Source: Rickettsiales bacterium UBA1997 (GTDB lineage: Bacteria > Pseudomonadota > Alphaproteobacteria > Rickettsiales > UBA1997). Taken from it: a DNA stretch of 64,000 bases. The stretch lies in assembly GCA_964202895.1 (NCBI GenBank), contig CAXNJM010000002.1, positions 1 through 64,000 of the forward strand, written 5' to 3'. Position numbers and translations under genes: made by a program. A model generated the notes under the pieces. It had not been told where the DNA came from. It did no database searches and saw nothing but the letters and a program-made list of their open reading frames with translations. Below, piece after piece: positions 48,062 to 59,585 of this stretch (position 1 is the stretch's first letter; the number at the start of each line of letters is the position of its first letter).

Positions 48062-49384
48062 TTAATGATTTATCTCTATTGAAGAAGCAAGAGAGCCTAA
48101 TTTCGCTAGTAATTGATATGCTAAAAAAGCATTAGAACCTCCAATTGATGCAAGTTCAGAAGTTATATCGTGCGAATCAACAAATTCAGCTCCACTGCTA
48201 TTAAGGTTGGCATAATTATCTTTTCTTTGATTGAGGCGAAATAAATTTGCTACAACTTCGCCATTTACCATATAAATTAAGGGTTCAGCAGTTTTGTTGG
48301 TGATTAAATCTTGAGTAATAATTCCTTCTTGGATAATTACTTGATGATTCAAATGCGAGCCTTTGATGGCATTCATTTTGTTTCTTTCTTTTTTATTTAT
48401 TGTTAAAATATCGTCTCCGCTAAAAACGGGCATTACCGCCATTCCATAGGTTCCATTATCTGCCTTGATATAGCAGTAAGGTTTATCTTTGATATTATAT
48501 TGTTGATATTTTGCAAAAATTTTGGCAATTAAATTTTCCGTTTTATTAGCGAGATCGTCAAGCCCAATTAGGTTTTTAAAATCAATATTTTCAGCACTGT
48601 CAATAATTGTAGAAATAAACCAACTATCAATCTCAAGAATTTTTGATAATTCTTCCGCCAATTGATTATATATTTGAAAATGATGAGATTTTTTCCGCCT
48701 ATACCACCCTAATTTATGGTTTGGAACTACGATTGTATCGCTATTTTTTATTAATTCTGGGACTCCATCCGTAAGATCATTGTTGAGAATTATAAGATCT
48801 GCGACAAAGCCTTCTAAGGTTTGAATTTGTTTATTTTTTAGGGCAAGATATTCAATTTTTATTTCTTTGCCTTCTGATATCATTATTGTTTTATAATTTT
48901 CATGATCTGGTGAATCAAGAGTGGTGGCAATTTTTGCTTTATTGCTATTGAAGCTGAAAATATTTTGTAGGGTTAGTAGATTTTCTAAATAATTCAAATT
49001 TCTGCTATGATTTTCACCGATAATTATGATTCTTAAATCTTCAGCTTTCTTGTTAGCAATTTTTGATTCTGTTTTGATGATCTCCTCTAGAAATTTCTTG
49101 ACTTCTAATTGAGTTTTTTTCAATGATTCCCCTTTTATATTGTTAAATCCAGCGGGAAAGCAGTTGCTATCAACTACTGCTATTTTATTGCCAGAATGGC
49201 GAATATCAAAGGAATTATATAATGTTTTGCCAGAAAATTGTTGATATTTTTTGATAAAAAATAGATTAATTTCATCTTTTTTTTGATTGATTTTTTCTTC
49301 TAGAATTTTGATTATTGCCATTAATTTAACCAGTGAAATTATTCGAGTAAGATTTTGGTTGAATTTTGACTTCCTTAGATTCAA
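48062..49384 (-). CDS. ATP-grasp family ligase (RimK/GshB-like C-terminal domain) with a long N-terminal extension
   Basis: 440 aa. YIKADNGTYGMAV...VIIQEGI...LIYMVNGEVVANLFRLN...NYANLNSSGAEF aligns in order with the RimK blocks VVKLVEGTQGIGV / ILVQEYI / VVGDEVVAAIERR / FRSNLHRGGAAS. Confidence 0.4.
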   Translation of the reverse strand: MNLRKSKFNQNLTRIISLVKLMAIIKILEEKINQKKDEINLFFIKKYQQFSGKTLYNSFDIRHSGNKIAVVDSNCFPAGFNNIKGESLKKTQLEVKKFLEEIIKTESKIANKKAEDLRIIIIGENHSRNLNYLENLLTLQNIFSFNSNKAKIATTLDSPDHENYKTIMISEGKEIKIEYLALKNKQIQTLEGFVADLIILNNDLTDGVPELIKNSDTIVVPNHKLGWYRRKKSHHFQIYNQLAEELSKILEIDSWFISTIIDSAENIDFKNLIGLDDLANKTENLIAKIFAKYQQYNIKDKPYCYIKADNGTYGMAVMPVFSGDDILTINKKERNKMNAIKGSHLNHQVIIQEGIITQDLITNKTAEPLIYMVNGEVVANLFRLNQRKDNYANLNSSGAEFVDSHDITSELASIGGSNAFLAYQLLAKLGSLASSIEINH

Positions 49385-49613
49385 TTATTTTAAAATTTAG
49401 TGATTTTTTAGTTGCATAATCAACTGCCTGTTCTTTGCTTGAGAAGATTAATTTTAATTGATGACTAGTATTTGAGCTTGAAACCCATCCCATTAAAGGG
49501 TTTATGGTTCTGTGTTTAATTGATTCCGTTAGCGATAATAGCCATTTTTGGCAATTTCTTCTTCCAGATTGCATTGGGCTTTTTACGGGTTGATAAATTA
49601 TAAATTGAGCCAT
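49326..49613 (-). CDS. ETC complex I subunit conserved-region protein (NDUFS4-like)
   Basis: 95 aa; NPLMGWVSSSNTSHQLKLIFSSKEQAVDYA...KSYSNNF matches the NDUFS4 core. Confidence 0.65.
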   Translation of the reverse strand: MAQFIIYQPVKSPMQSGRRNCQKWLLSLTESIKHRTINPLMGWVSSSNTSHQLKLIFSSKEQAVDYATKKSLNFKIIESKEVKIQPKSYSNNFTG

Positions 49614-49618
49614 ATTAA

Positions 49619-51091
49619 TTATTTTTTTGAATTGTTGGGTTTGGTATATTTTTGTTTAAATTTAGTTGCTCCATTTTCGACTTCTTCTTGTCTTGATCTC
49701 GCTATTGCTATGCTATTCGCCTTCACATTTTTATTGATAACACTTCCAGCCCCGATAATTGCATTATTGCCGATGTTTACAGGAGCAACTAGACAAGTAT
49801 TTGAACCGATAAATGCATTATTTTCAATGGTGGTAGAAAATTTTTCGAAGCCATTATAGTTGCAAGTAATCGTTCCTGCTCCAATATTTACATTTTCGCC
49901 GATGTGACTATCGCCAATATAACTCAAATGATTGATTTTGCTTAATGCTTGAATTTTGCTGTTTTTGATTTCAACAAAATTGCCAATCCTTGCCGATTCT
50001 GCGATTTCAGTTTGAGGTCTAATTCTAGCGAAGGGACCAATCACAGCATTAGATTTTATCTTGCAACCTTCAAGATCGCTAAAAGATTTTATTTCAACCT
50101 CTTCTTCAATTTCAACATTATTACCAATTACTACATTTTGATGAATTATGCTACCTGCTCCTATCTTGGTATCGCAAGATAAATATATTGTGCTGGGGTC
50201 GAGCATTGTAACTCCTGACTCCATCAATTTTTTTCTTAGTTGATCCTGTTTTATTTTCTCAATTTCGGCTAGTTCATTTTTTGAATTAACCCCAAGCAAT
50301 TCTAGAGGCGAGGTAATGATAAACGAACAATGAATATCAGATTTATTCGCTATAGCGACAATATCGGTCAGATAAAATTCTTGTGAAGCATTCTGATTAT
50401 TGATTTTGTTTAGCAATTCAAGAGGTTTATTATTTTTTATTCCGATAATTCCGCCGTTGCATAGTTTAATTGATTTTTCTTCATCATTAGCATCTTTAAA
50501 TTCAACTATTTTAAGTAATTTATTGTTGGTGATAACCAGTCTGCCGTAGGGGCTTTGTTGATAATCTTTTTGTTGATTTTCAAAACCTAGCACCACCAGA
50601 TTATTTTCATCTATTGCTTCAAGTTGATTATTGATTTCCCCCATTGTTGATGCTGTTAATAAAGGGGTGTCTCCATAGAGAATAAGAATTTTTTTTGCGA
50701 TATTGATTTTTGTTTGCTGTAAAAATTGTAAAGCCATTTTTACTGCATCGCCAGTGCCTTTTCTTTCAAGTTGCAGGGCAAAATTTAATTTAATATCGGG
50801 GTTATTTTTAATAATCTCATTTTGATATTTTTGCATTTCTGCAGATATTACAATGGCTATATTTTGAGGATTTATTTTTTTTGCTTCGTCAATAACAATT
50901 TGTAGCATTGACCTTCCTGCTACTTGATGCATAACCTTAGGAAGGTTTGATTTCATTCTTGTGCCTTTGCCAGCAGCAAGAATTATAATCGATATATCGT
51001 TTTTAGCCTCTACGATATTACTTTGATTGTTAATGTTTTTGATTATCGAAGTTTGAAGGCTCATATTATTTAGTAAATTATGGAATTTCAA
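49619..51091 (-). CDS. glmU: Bifunctional UDP-N-acetylglucosamine pyrophosphorylase / glucosamine-1-phosphate N-acetyltransferase
   Basis: 490 aa; LAAGKGTRMKS nucleotidyltransferase motif; C-terminal hexapeptide repeats. Confidence 0.9.
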   Translation of the reverse strand: MKFHNLLNNMSLQTSIIKNINNQSNIVEAKNDISIIILAAGKGTRMKSNLPKVMHQVAGRSMLQIVIDEAKKINPQNIAIVISAEMQKYQNEIIKNNPDIKLNFALQLERKGTGDAVKMALQFLQQTKINIAKKILILYGDTPLLTASTMGEINNQLEAIDENNLVVLGFENQQKDYQQSPYGRLVITNNKLLKIVEFKDANDEEKSIKLCNGGIIGIKNNKPLELLNKINNQNASQEFYLTDIVAIANKSDIHCSFIITSPLELLGVNSKNELAEIEKIKQDQLRKKLMESGVTMLDPSTIYLSCDTKIGAGSIIHQNVVIGNNVEIEEEVEIKSFSDLEGCKIKSNAVIGPFARIRPQTEIAESARIGNFVEIKNSKIQALSKINHLSYIGDSHIGENVNIGAGTITCNYNGFEKFSTTIENNAFIGSNTCLVAPVNIGNNAIIGAGSVINKNVKANSIAIARSRQEEVENGATKFKQKYTKPNNSKK

Positions 51092-51240
51092 TTAAACAAG
51101 CAAAAATATGCCTAAATAAGATTGCATTAGTCAGAATTTAAAAAAATTAAAATTTTAGATAATAAGTTTTGATAAATAAGTGTCTATTTAATCTTATTTA
51201 AACATAGAAAATTAGATATTATATGATTTAACTAAATATT

Positions 51241-52284
<1,044 letters not shown>

Positions 52285-52403
52285 TTAATTTGATAAATAA
52301 AATTGATAAATTTTATGAGAAATTAACAATAAAAGATAATTTTAATCAAGCAAGTATTTTCTAGTGAAAATATATTTAATCAGCCTGTTACCAACTTATT
52401 GAT

Positions 52404-52412
52404 GGGGGGGGG
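52404..52412. repeat. G9 homopolymeric tract between ribE and ilvC
   Basis: gatgggggggggtgaaaa read directly; unusual in a ~30% GC genome. Confidence 0.9.
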
Positions 52413-52426
52413 TGAAAATTTTTTAA

Positions 52427-53056
52427 TTATTGATTTTTTAATAAATTAGCAAGATAACGAGCTATTAAATCTACTTCCAGATTGCATAAATCGCCAATTT
52501 TACAATATTTAAAATTAGTATTTTCAAAAGTGTGAGGCACAATGTTAATCATGAAGCTATTTTGCGATGCCTCGTTTATGGTTAGGGAGACTCCATTGAT
52601 GGTTGCTGAGCCTTTAGGAGCAATAAATTGTTTGTTTGATGCTGTTAGTGAAAAATAAAATTGCCAAGAATCCTTAACTGCCAAAATATTGCATATTTCC
52701 ACAGTTTCATCAATATGCCCTGAAACAAGATGCCCGCCTAACTCATCGCCAATTTTTAGTGAAAATTCGATATTGATAATTTCTCCAATTTTCCATTTGT
52801 GAATATTGGTTTTATTGATAGTTTCTTGTGATGCCTGAAAATCAAGTTCAAATTTTTGATCTTCAATTTGATTCTTTTTGATTAGAGTTAAGCAAATACC
52901 GTTGCAAGCGATAGAACATCCAATTTCAAGGCTTCTTGCTTGTTTTTCATTGTGGTTTAGAGGTAGATTTAATAAGATTGTTATTAAGGTATCTTGATTT
53001 GGAGTGCTAATAATTTGCTTGAGGACTCCAAGATTGGTAATTATTCCTGTAAACAT
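52427..53056 (-). CDS. ribE: Riboflavin synthase alpha subunit
   Basis: 209 aa; MFTGIITNLG N-terminus, two lumazine-binding repeats. Confidence 0.85.
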   Translation of the reverse strand: MFTGIITNLGVLKQIISTPNQDTLITILLNLPLNHNEKQARSLEIGCSIACNGICLTLIKKNQIEDQKFELDFQASQETINKTNIHKWKIGEIINIEFSLKIGDELGGHLVSGHIDETVEICNILAVKDSWQFYFSLTASNKQFIAPKGSATINGVSLTINEASQNSFMINIVPHTFENTNFKYCKIGDLCNLEVDLIARYLANLLKNQ

Positions 53057-53057
53057 T

Positions 53058-53999
53058 TTATGAAAAAAGCCTTTGTCGATTCATTCTGAGGGCTTCTTTT
53101 TTAATTTTGTTGATTGCGGATTCTTCAATTTGGCGGATTCTTTCTCGGGATACTTGATAAAGTTTGCTTAATTCTTCAAGAGTTAGTGGAGATTCAATTA
53201 AATGACGGTTTTTAATGATTTCTTTTTCTCTTTCATTTAAAACTTCTAGAGATTTGTTGAAAATAGACTCTTGGCGATGCTTTATTTGATTGTAGGATGC
53301 TATTTCTTCTTGATTTGGTTCTTGAGAGGCAATTATGTCTCCAGCTTCAAGATCTTCATCTTCGTTGATTTTTTGATTCAAAGAGTTATCTGAATTATTG
53401 AGTCTAATATCCATTTCAATAACTTCTTTTTCTGAAACATTGAGATTTTGAGAAATTATTTTTAAATTATTTGGCGATATTGCTTTATTTGAGGTTTCGC
53501 CAAGTTTCTTTTTTATTTTATTTAAATTAAAAAATAATTTTTTTTGAGCTGCTGTGGTGCCGATTTTTACTAGAGACCAAGATTTTAGAACAAACTCTTG
53601 AATCGAAGCTCTTACCCACCACATTGCATAAGTAGAAAAGCGAAAGCCTTTGCTGGGTTCAAATTTTTTTAGTGCCTGCATTAGCCCCATATTTCCTTCC
53701 GAAACTAAATCAACCATTGGCAATCCGTAGTTGCGAAATTTGCTAGCGATTTTTACAACCAACCTTAGGTGGCTTTGAATCAATGCCTTAGCAGACTCCT
53801 TATCATTAAAATTTTTGAAACGATTAGAGTGCTCTATTTCTTCTTCTGGAGTTAAAATTGGAAATTTGTGGATTTTATTGAGATACTGCAAAAAGCTACG
53901 ATTCTCTGATCTTATGTTGCCATAATAATCTTTGGTGGATAATGATTTTTCTGTAAGTTTATTATTTTTATCTTCGTTTTTAGATATTTCTATAGACAT
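53058..53999 (-). CDS. rpoH: RNA polymerase sigma-32 factor
   Basis: 313 aa; sigma-70 regions 2-4; RpoH box AQKKLFFNLNKIKKKL. Confidence 0.9.
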   Translation of the reverse strand: MSIEISKNEDKNNKLTEKSLSTKDYYGNIRSENRSFLQYLNKIHKFPILTPEEEIEHSNRFKNFNDKESAKALIQSHLRLVVKIASKFRNYGLPMVDLVSEGNMGLMQALKKFEPSKGFRFSTYAMWWVRASIQEFVLKSWSLVKIGTTAAQKKLFFNLNKIKKKLGETSNKAISPNNLKIISQNLNVSEKEVIEMDIRLNNSDNSLNQKINEDEDLEAGDIIASQEPNQEEIASYNQIKHRQESIFNKSLEVLNEREKEIIKNRHLIESPLTLEELSKLYQVSRERIRQIEESAINKIKKEALRMNRQRLFS

Positions 54000-54088
54000 A
54001 TTTAGTATTAAAATTTCTGTATTAAATAAGTTTTAAGAATTTGTGAAATTTAATATCTGCAATATATTAATTATGATATATTTTTCAA

Positions 54089-54124
54089 GGAAAAATTCTG
54101 GGAAAAATTCTGGGAAAAATTCTG
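54089..54124. repeat. Tandem repeat, 12 bp unit ggaaaaattctg, 3 perfect copies, 90 bp upstream of rpoH
   Basis: Read directly. Confidence 0.9.
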
Positions 54125-54179
54125 AAAAATAACAACTCCTAAATGTTAAGAGTTGTTATTTAGCAAGATTTTACAAAAA

Positions 54180-54602
54180 TTAATAAGTTTTTTGAGGGCT
54201 CTTTTTGGGATATTTTTTCTCAAAATTTTTGCGATTTGGCTTGCGGAAACTTATTCTTCTTTCAAAGCTTGTAAATATAACTGCAACCAGTAATAGCAAG
54301 GCATTGATTAAGAAAAATCTAACCGCGAGGTCTTTTTCTCCGTTATTTATTAGATCTTTTATAAAATAGAGTAATGCAATATTGTAAATTAGTGCACAAA
54401 TCTGACCAAGTCGTACATTGAAATTATAGCTAGATAGTTGTTTATCTTGCCATTTTAAACGAGAATCTTGCTCTTTTTTTACCAATGAAGCAAAGTTAAC
54501 ATTTTGGTCAATATTGTTGTCGAATCTTTCTGTTACTTGTTTTGCAGATATTGATTTATTGCCATTATAAAATTTGGGACGATTTCTATTATTTTCTTGC
54601 AT
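54180..54602 (-). CDS. Hypothetical membrane protein
   Basis: 140 aa; one or two TM helices; no recognisable motifs. Confidence 0.35.
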   Translation of the reverse strand: MQENNRNRPKFYNGNKSISAKQVTERFDNNIDQNVNFASLVKKEQDSRLKWQDKQLSSYNFNVRLGQICALIYNIALLYFIKDLINNGEKDLAVRFFLINALLLLVAVIFTSFERRISFRKPNRKNFEKKYPKKSPQKTY

Positions 54603-54792
54603 TTTCGATTGTTTGTTGTTTTAAGTTTTTTTCAGTTTTTACAATATCAAAATATAGTTCCAGCCAATCTTTTTCAAGTGCTTCGCTTTCTTCAGTAAAA
54701 GGATATTGTTTTTTAGTTTTAATGGTAGCAAAAGAGGTGATTGAGACCACTCCGCTAAGTATTTTTTTTATAGTGTTGTTCATATTTTAATT

Positions 54793-55608
54793 TTAATTTT
54801 TGCCAAAAAGCTCATAAAGTGCTATTGCCGTTGCAACTGAAGCATTTAAACTTTCCACTTTATCACTGATTTCGATTTTCGCAAGAATGTCGCAATTTTT
54901 TTTAACTAAAGTGCGGATTCCTGAACCTTCAGATCCAACAACAAGAGCTATATTTTTATAGCCTTTAAGGTTAGAAATTTGAGTTTTTGATGTTCCTTCG
55001 AGACCAATTGACCAGTATCCTAGCTCTTTAAGTTTCTCCAATAAATTACTAAAATTAACTACCTCAAATAATTCAGCATTTTCAATTGTTCCTGCTGACG
55101 ATTTTATCATTGTGGCATTTTCTTTAGGGCTATTATGTTTTGTAAAAACTATTTTAGTTATTCCAAAGCTTATAGCACTACGAATTATTGCTCCAATATT
55201 TTGAGGATCAGATAACTGATCAAGTAATAATAAATTCGGCAATTCTTGCTCCGCCTCAGAAATTTTATAAAGTTCAGCTAATAAAGTGAACTGATCATTA
55301 ATCGGCAAGTAAGAGCAGTTGGCAATTAACCCTTGATGTAAATTATTTTTACCAACTAAATTATCGATTTTGTTAATATCGGTAATTTCTAAATTTGAAA
55401 CTAATTTATGGTAAAACTTACTATCAAGAGAATTTTTTATTTTATCAATAAATTTTTCTAAATCAATAGCTGAATTTTTGCTAACGATAATTTTATGAAT
55501 TTCTCTTTTTTGGCTCTGAATGGCTGAAAAAACTGGATGCTTTCCGTATAGCCAAAGTTCATTGGGAGAATTATTGTTCGATTTTATTTTGATTTGTTTT
55601 CTTTTCAT
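54793..55608 (-). CDS. rlmB: 23S rRNA (guanosine-2'-O-)-methyltransferase RlmB (SpoU/TrmH family)
   Basis: 271 aa; SpoU motifs NIGAIIRSA, LVVGSEGSGI, ESLNASVA. Confidence 0.8.
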   Translation of the reverse strand: MKRKQIKIKSNNNSPNELWLYGKHPVFSAIQSQKREIHKIIVSKNSAIDLEKFIDKIKNSLDSKFYHKLVSNLEITDINKIDNLVGKNNLHQGLIANCSYLPINDQFTLLAELYKISEAEQELPNLLLLDQLSDPQNIGAIIRSAISFGITKIVFTKHNSPKENATMIKSSAGTIENAELFEVVNFSNLLEKLKELGYWSIGLEGTSKTQISNLKGYKNIALVVGSEGSGIRTLVKKNCDILAKIEISDKVESLNASVATAIALYELFGKN

Positions 55609-56881
55609 TGTTTTTTTCTGGTAATTTTTCGTCTTTTTCTAATTTTTTATCTTCATCGTCTTTTTTCTCTTCAGTTTTTTTTATTGACTTTTTTGCTTGG
55701 TTGTTTTCTGAATTTTCAGCCTCTTCTTTTGTTTTAATGGGGTCTTCTAGTTTAGGCTCTGCTTCTTCGGGCTTTTTTTCATTTAGTGATTTAGTTTTTT
55801 CTTTTTTGATAATCTCCTTTTTATTGGTTTTTTCATTGTCAATAGCTTGATTTTCAATTGTTAGATCTTTTGATTTATCTAAAATTTCTGTTTTTATTTT
55901 TTCTTGTTTTATAATCTCATTTGTTTGTCGAAAATTTATAAAGAGTGTAGTGTTTGTGTTTTTAAGGATTCGGCGATTTATTTTTGCTATTGCTTCTGTT
56001 GCCAGCTCAATCTTGATTTTTTCTTTTATTTGCTCAATGTGGGGTATTTTTACAGAGCGGGAATCGAGTAATTTGATAATGTGCCAACCAGCACTAGTGA
56101 AAATTGGTTCAGAAATTTGATTTGGCTTCATGGTTATTAAGATTTTTAAAATTTCAATTTTAATTTGATCTTCGATTATATAGCCGTCATTTTCATTGTA
56201 AAATAATTTTGTTATTTCTGTATTTTCATGAGTTTTCGTTTTATTCGTGGAGTCATTTCGTTTTTCTGGTTTTTTTGAACTGTAATGCTGAAGTATTTCT
56301 GTGTTTAAATTTTCATTAAGGATTTTTTCGTTAATTTTTTTATAAATTTCTTCAGCCTGTTCTTTTGTTTCGAATGTTGCTTCTATAATTTTATATTCTT
56401 TTTTCCCTTCAAATTCACGACTTAAATCGAGATATTTTTGATTTGTTTTTTGTTCGTTTGCCTCATTTTTTATGGTATTTTTAATGAATGCATCTTTGAT
56501 TATTCTGTTGGTTTCTTTTTCAATTGCAAGCTTCACTTCTTTGTTTTTTGCAATATTTGATTTTTTTGCTTCTTTAATGAATTCATTTTCAAGATAAATT
56601 TCTTTAACCAAAGATTCAACGAGTTCTTTTGGCAGTTTGTCAAAATTAATTCTTTCGTAATTTTGATTATTTTTAAAATTAATAAATTCTTTTCCTAGAG
56701 CCTCAGTTATTTTATTTTGTAGATCTGATTTTAATATTTTGTAACCATTAACTTCGGCAATTATTTCTGATTGAGGGATTTTATTAACAAAATACGAAGA
56801 AATTGCAATTGAAAATATTGAAAAAATTGCAATAAGGATGATTGTTCTTCTGGCCTTTCTTCTTTTGGAGTAATTTCTCAT
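55571..56881 (-). CDS. Parvulin/SurA-PpiD-like peptidyl-prolyl isomerase with a long Lys/Glu-rich C-terminal tail
   Basis: 436 aa; N-terminal TM; SurA_N-like region; PpiC-type segment (SAGWHIIKL); about 90 aa KE-rich low-complexity tail. Confidence 0.55.
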   Translation of the reverse strand: MRNYSKRRKARRTIILIAIFSIFSIAISSYFVNKIPQSEIIAEVNGYKILKSDLQNKITEALGKEFINFKNNQNYERINFDKLPKELVESLVKEIYLENEFIKEAKKSNIAKNKEVKLAIEKETNRIIKDAFIKNTIKNEANEQKTNQKYLDLSREFEGKKEYKIIEATFETKEQAEEIYKKINEKILNENLNTEILQHYSSKKPEKRNDSTNKTKTHENTEITKLFYNENDGYIIEDQIKIEILKILITMKPNQISEPIFTSAGWHIIKLLDSRSVKIPHIEQIKEKIKIELATEAIAKINRRILKNTNTTLFINFRQTNEIIKQEKIKTEILDKSKDLTIENQAIDNEKTNKKEIIKKEKTKSLNEKKPEEAEPKLEDPIKTKEEAENSENNQAKKSIKKTEEKKDDEDKKLEKDEKLPEKNNEKKTNQNKIEQ

Positions 56882-57113
56882 TTGAAATTGAACTTTTAAT
56901 AATTTGATGATTTATCTAAACATTGTGAAGTTTTTTAGCAACTTAAAATTTGAAAATAAAACTGTTTCAATTGTAAATTTGCTTTCTAAAATGTTCTATT
57001 TTGCAAATTCAGGGTTATGTAATTTTATTTTGTTAAATTCTGTAAAATAAGCATTTAAAAAACACACTCATTTCTATAAATATTTTTTATAAATACAAGT
57101 TTTTAATTAAAAA

Positions 57114-57563
57114 ATGATAAAAGTTGCTTTATTTGAGCCAGATATCGCTGGCAATGTTGGAACAATCATTCGCACTTGTGTGGGCTTTGATGTCGAGTTG
57201 CATGTTATCGAGCCTTGCGGATTTCCTTTTGATATTCAGAGAATTAAAAAATCTGCCTTAGACTATATTTTTAAAGCTAAAATTATTCGTCATCAAAATT
57301 TTGAGAGTTTTTATAATCTTGAGCTTTTAAACAAAGACTCAAGGCTTGTTTTGGCTTCAACTAAAGCCAGCATTAATTATTTGGATTTTAAATTTAATGA
57401 AAATGATATATTGATGTTTGGTAGCGAAAGTTCTGGTGTTCCGCATGAGGTTTTTAATAAATCTCATGAAAGAGTTTTTATCGCTATGAAAAATAGCCTC
57501 AGATGCTTTAATGTCGCTATTTCTTGTGGAATAATTTTAGCGAAAGCGATTTCTGAAATTTAA
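57114..57563 (+). CDS. trmL: tRNA (cytidine/uridine-2'-O-)-methyltransferase TrmL (SpoU-like)
   Basis: 149 aa; ALFEPDIAGNVGTIIRTC, FGSESSGV, NVAIS motifs. Confidence 0.8.
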   Translation: MIKVALFEPDIAGNVGTIIRTCVGFDVELHVIEPCGFPFDIQRIKKSALDYIFKAKIIRHQNFESFYNLELLNKDSRLVLASTKASINYLDFKFNENDILMFGSESSGVPHEVFNKSHERVFIAMKNSLRCFNVAISCGIILAKAISEI

Positions 57564-57710
57564 CTTAAAATTAATTGGATAAATATCTTGATATTTTAAA
57601 AAAAATTTACTATTAATAATCTACTAATTTTTTACTAAATAAAATTTGAGTATAAAATAGATTTATTAAATATTAATTTATAAATATAATAAAAAAACGG
57701 AGTAAAATCA

Positions 57711-59504
57711 ATGGGTAAAATTGCTAATTATTCAATAATTGATCATCAATTTGATGTCTTGGTAATTGGTGCTGGCGGAGCAGGTTTAAGAGCAACTCTT
57801 GGTATGTCTTCTAAGGGGCTTTCAACCGCTTGTATTACAAAAGTTTTCCCTACCCGCTCTCATACTGTTGCGGCTCAAGGTGGTATTTCGGCTGCTCTTG
57901 GCAATATGGGAGAAGACGATTGGAGATGGCATGCTTTCGACACCATTAAAGGATCTGATTGGCTAGGTGATCAAGATGCAATTGAATATATGTGTAGCGA
58001 AGCCCCAGATGCAATAATTGAATTAGAGCATTATGGAGTGCCATTTTCGCGAACTAAAGAAGGTAAAATTTATCAAAGACCTTTCGGTGGAATGACAACA
58101 AACTACGGTGAGGGTAGTGCCGCCCAAAGAACTTGTGCTGCCGCAGATAGAACTGGTCATGCTATTCTACACACTCTTTATCAGCAATCTTTAAAGCATA
58201 ATGCAAAATTCTTCATTGAATATTTTGCTCTCGATTTAATCATGGAAAATGGAATTTGTCGTGGAGTTACTGCAATATCAATGGTTGATGGTGAAATGCA
58301 TCGCTTCAAAGCTAATTTAGTTGTTCTTGCTACTGGTGGCTACGGAAGAGCTTATTTTTCTGCTACTTCCGCTCATACCTGCACGGGAGACGGCAATGCA
58401 ATGATATTAAGAGCCGGCCTACCGTTGCAAGATATGGAATTTGTGCAATTTCATCCAACTGGAGTTTACGGTTCTGGTTGTCTAATAACTGAAGGAGCAA
58501 GAGGAGAAGGCGGTTATTTAGTAAATTCTGAAGGCGAGAGATTTATGGAAAGATATGCTCCAAATGCTAAAGATCTTGCTAGTAGGGATGTTGTTTCCCG
58601 AGCTATGACAATGGAAATTATCGCAGGAAGAGGTGTTGGGCCTAACAAAGACCACATTTATTTGCATCTTAATCACTTAGAGCCAAAAGTTCTTCACGAA
58701 AGATTACCAGGTATTTCCGAAACTGCAAAAATCTTTGCTGGCATCGATGTCACTAAACAACCTATTCCCGTTCTGCCAACTGTTCACTACAATATGGGCG
58801 GTATTCCGACTAATTTTAAAGGCGAAGTTTTAAATGTTAAAAACGGCAAGACAGAAGTAGTTGCTGGGTTGATGGCTATCGGTGAGGCGGCTTGTGTTTC
58901 TGTTCATGGTGCAAACCGCTTAGGTTCGAACTCTTTGCTTGATTTAGTCGTTTTTGGTAGGGCTGCCGCAATTCGTGCTAGTGAAATTATTAAGCCAAAT
59001 TCTTCTCATGCAGAATTTGCTAATGATGCCGGAGAAGAATCAATCGCAAGATTCGACAAAATAAGAAATAGCGATGGTTCTAGCTCTGTTGCTTCCGTCC
59101 GTTTTAAAATGCAAAAAACTATGCAAGAAAAAGCTGCGGTATTTAGAACTGAAGCAACTCTTGCTGAAGGTGTGAATCAAATGCATGATATCTTTAATCA
59201 ATTTTCTGATATAAAAATTAAAGATCGTGGTCTAATTTGGAATAGCGATTTAATTGAAGCCTTAGAGCTTGATAATCTTCGCTCTCAAGCATTGGTAACT
59301 ATAAAATCTGCTCATAACCGCAAAGAAAGTCGTGGTGCTCATGCTCGAGAAGATTACAAAGATAGAGATGATGAAAATTGGCTAAAGCACAGCATTATGT
59401 GGTGCAATGAAAATGGCGACACAAAAATCGATTATCGCGATGTTGTTTTAAAGCCAATGACTAACAATATTCAATCTTTTCCACCAAAGAAAAGAGTTTA
59501 TTAA
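57711..59504 (+). CDS. sdhA: Succinate dehydrogenase flavoprotein subunit
   Basis: 597 aa; FAD-binding [11 protein letters not shown], covalent-FAD His region [14 protein letters not shown], active site. Confidence 0.95.
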   Translation: MGKIANYSIIDHQFDVLVIGAGGAGLRATLGMSSKGLSTACITKVFPTRSHTVAAQGGISAALGNMGEDDWRWHAFDTIKGSDWLGDQDAIEYMCSEAPDAIIELEHYGVPFSRTKEGKIYQRPFGGMTTNYGEGSAAQRTCAAADRTGHAILHTLYQQSLKHNAKFFIEYFALDLIMENGICRGVTAISMVDGEMHRFKANLVVLATGGYGRAYFSATSAHTCTGDGNAMILRAGLPLQDMEFVQFHPTGVYGSGCLITEGARGEGGYLVNSEGERFMERYAPNAKDLASRDVVSRAMTMEIIAGRGVGPNKDHIYLHLNHLEPKVLHERLPGISETAKIFAGIDVTKQPIPVLPTVHYNMGGIPTNFKGEVLNVKNGKTEVVAGLMAIGEAACVSVHGANRLGSNSLLDLVVFGRAAAIRASEIIKPNSSHAEFANDAGEESIARFDKIRNSDGSSSVASVRFKMQKTMQEKAAVFRTEATLAEGVNQMHDIFNQFSDIKIKDRGLIWNSDLIEALELDNLRSQALVTIKSAHNRKESRGAHAREDYKDRDDENWLKHSIMWCNENGDTKIDYRDVVLKPMTNNIQSFPPKKRVY

Positions 59505-59585
59505 GAATTCATGTATCGTAAAATAATAAAAACAATTTTAGTTAAAAATTAATTAACATTATCAATAAATCTAAATAAATTAATT

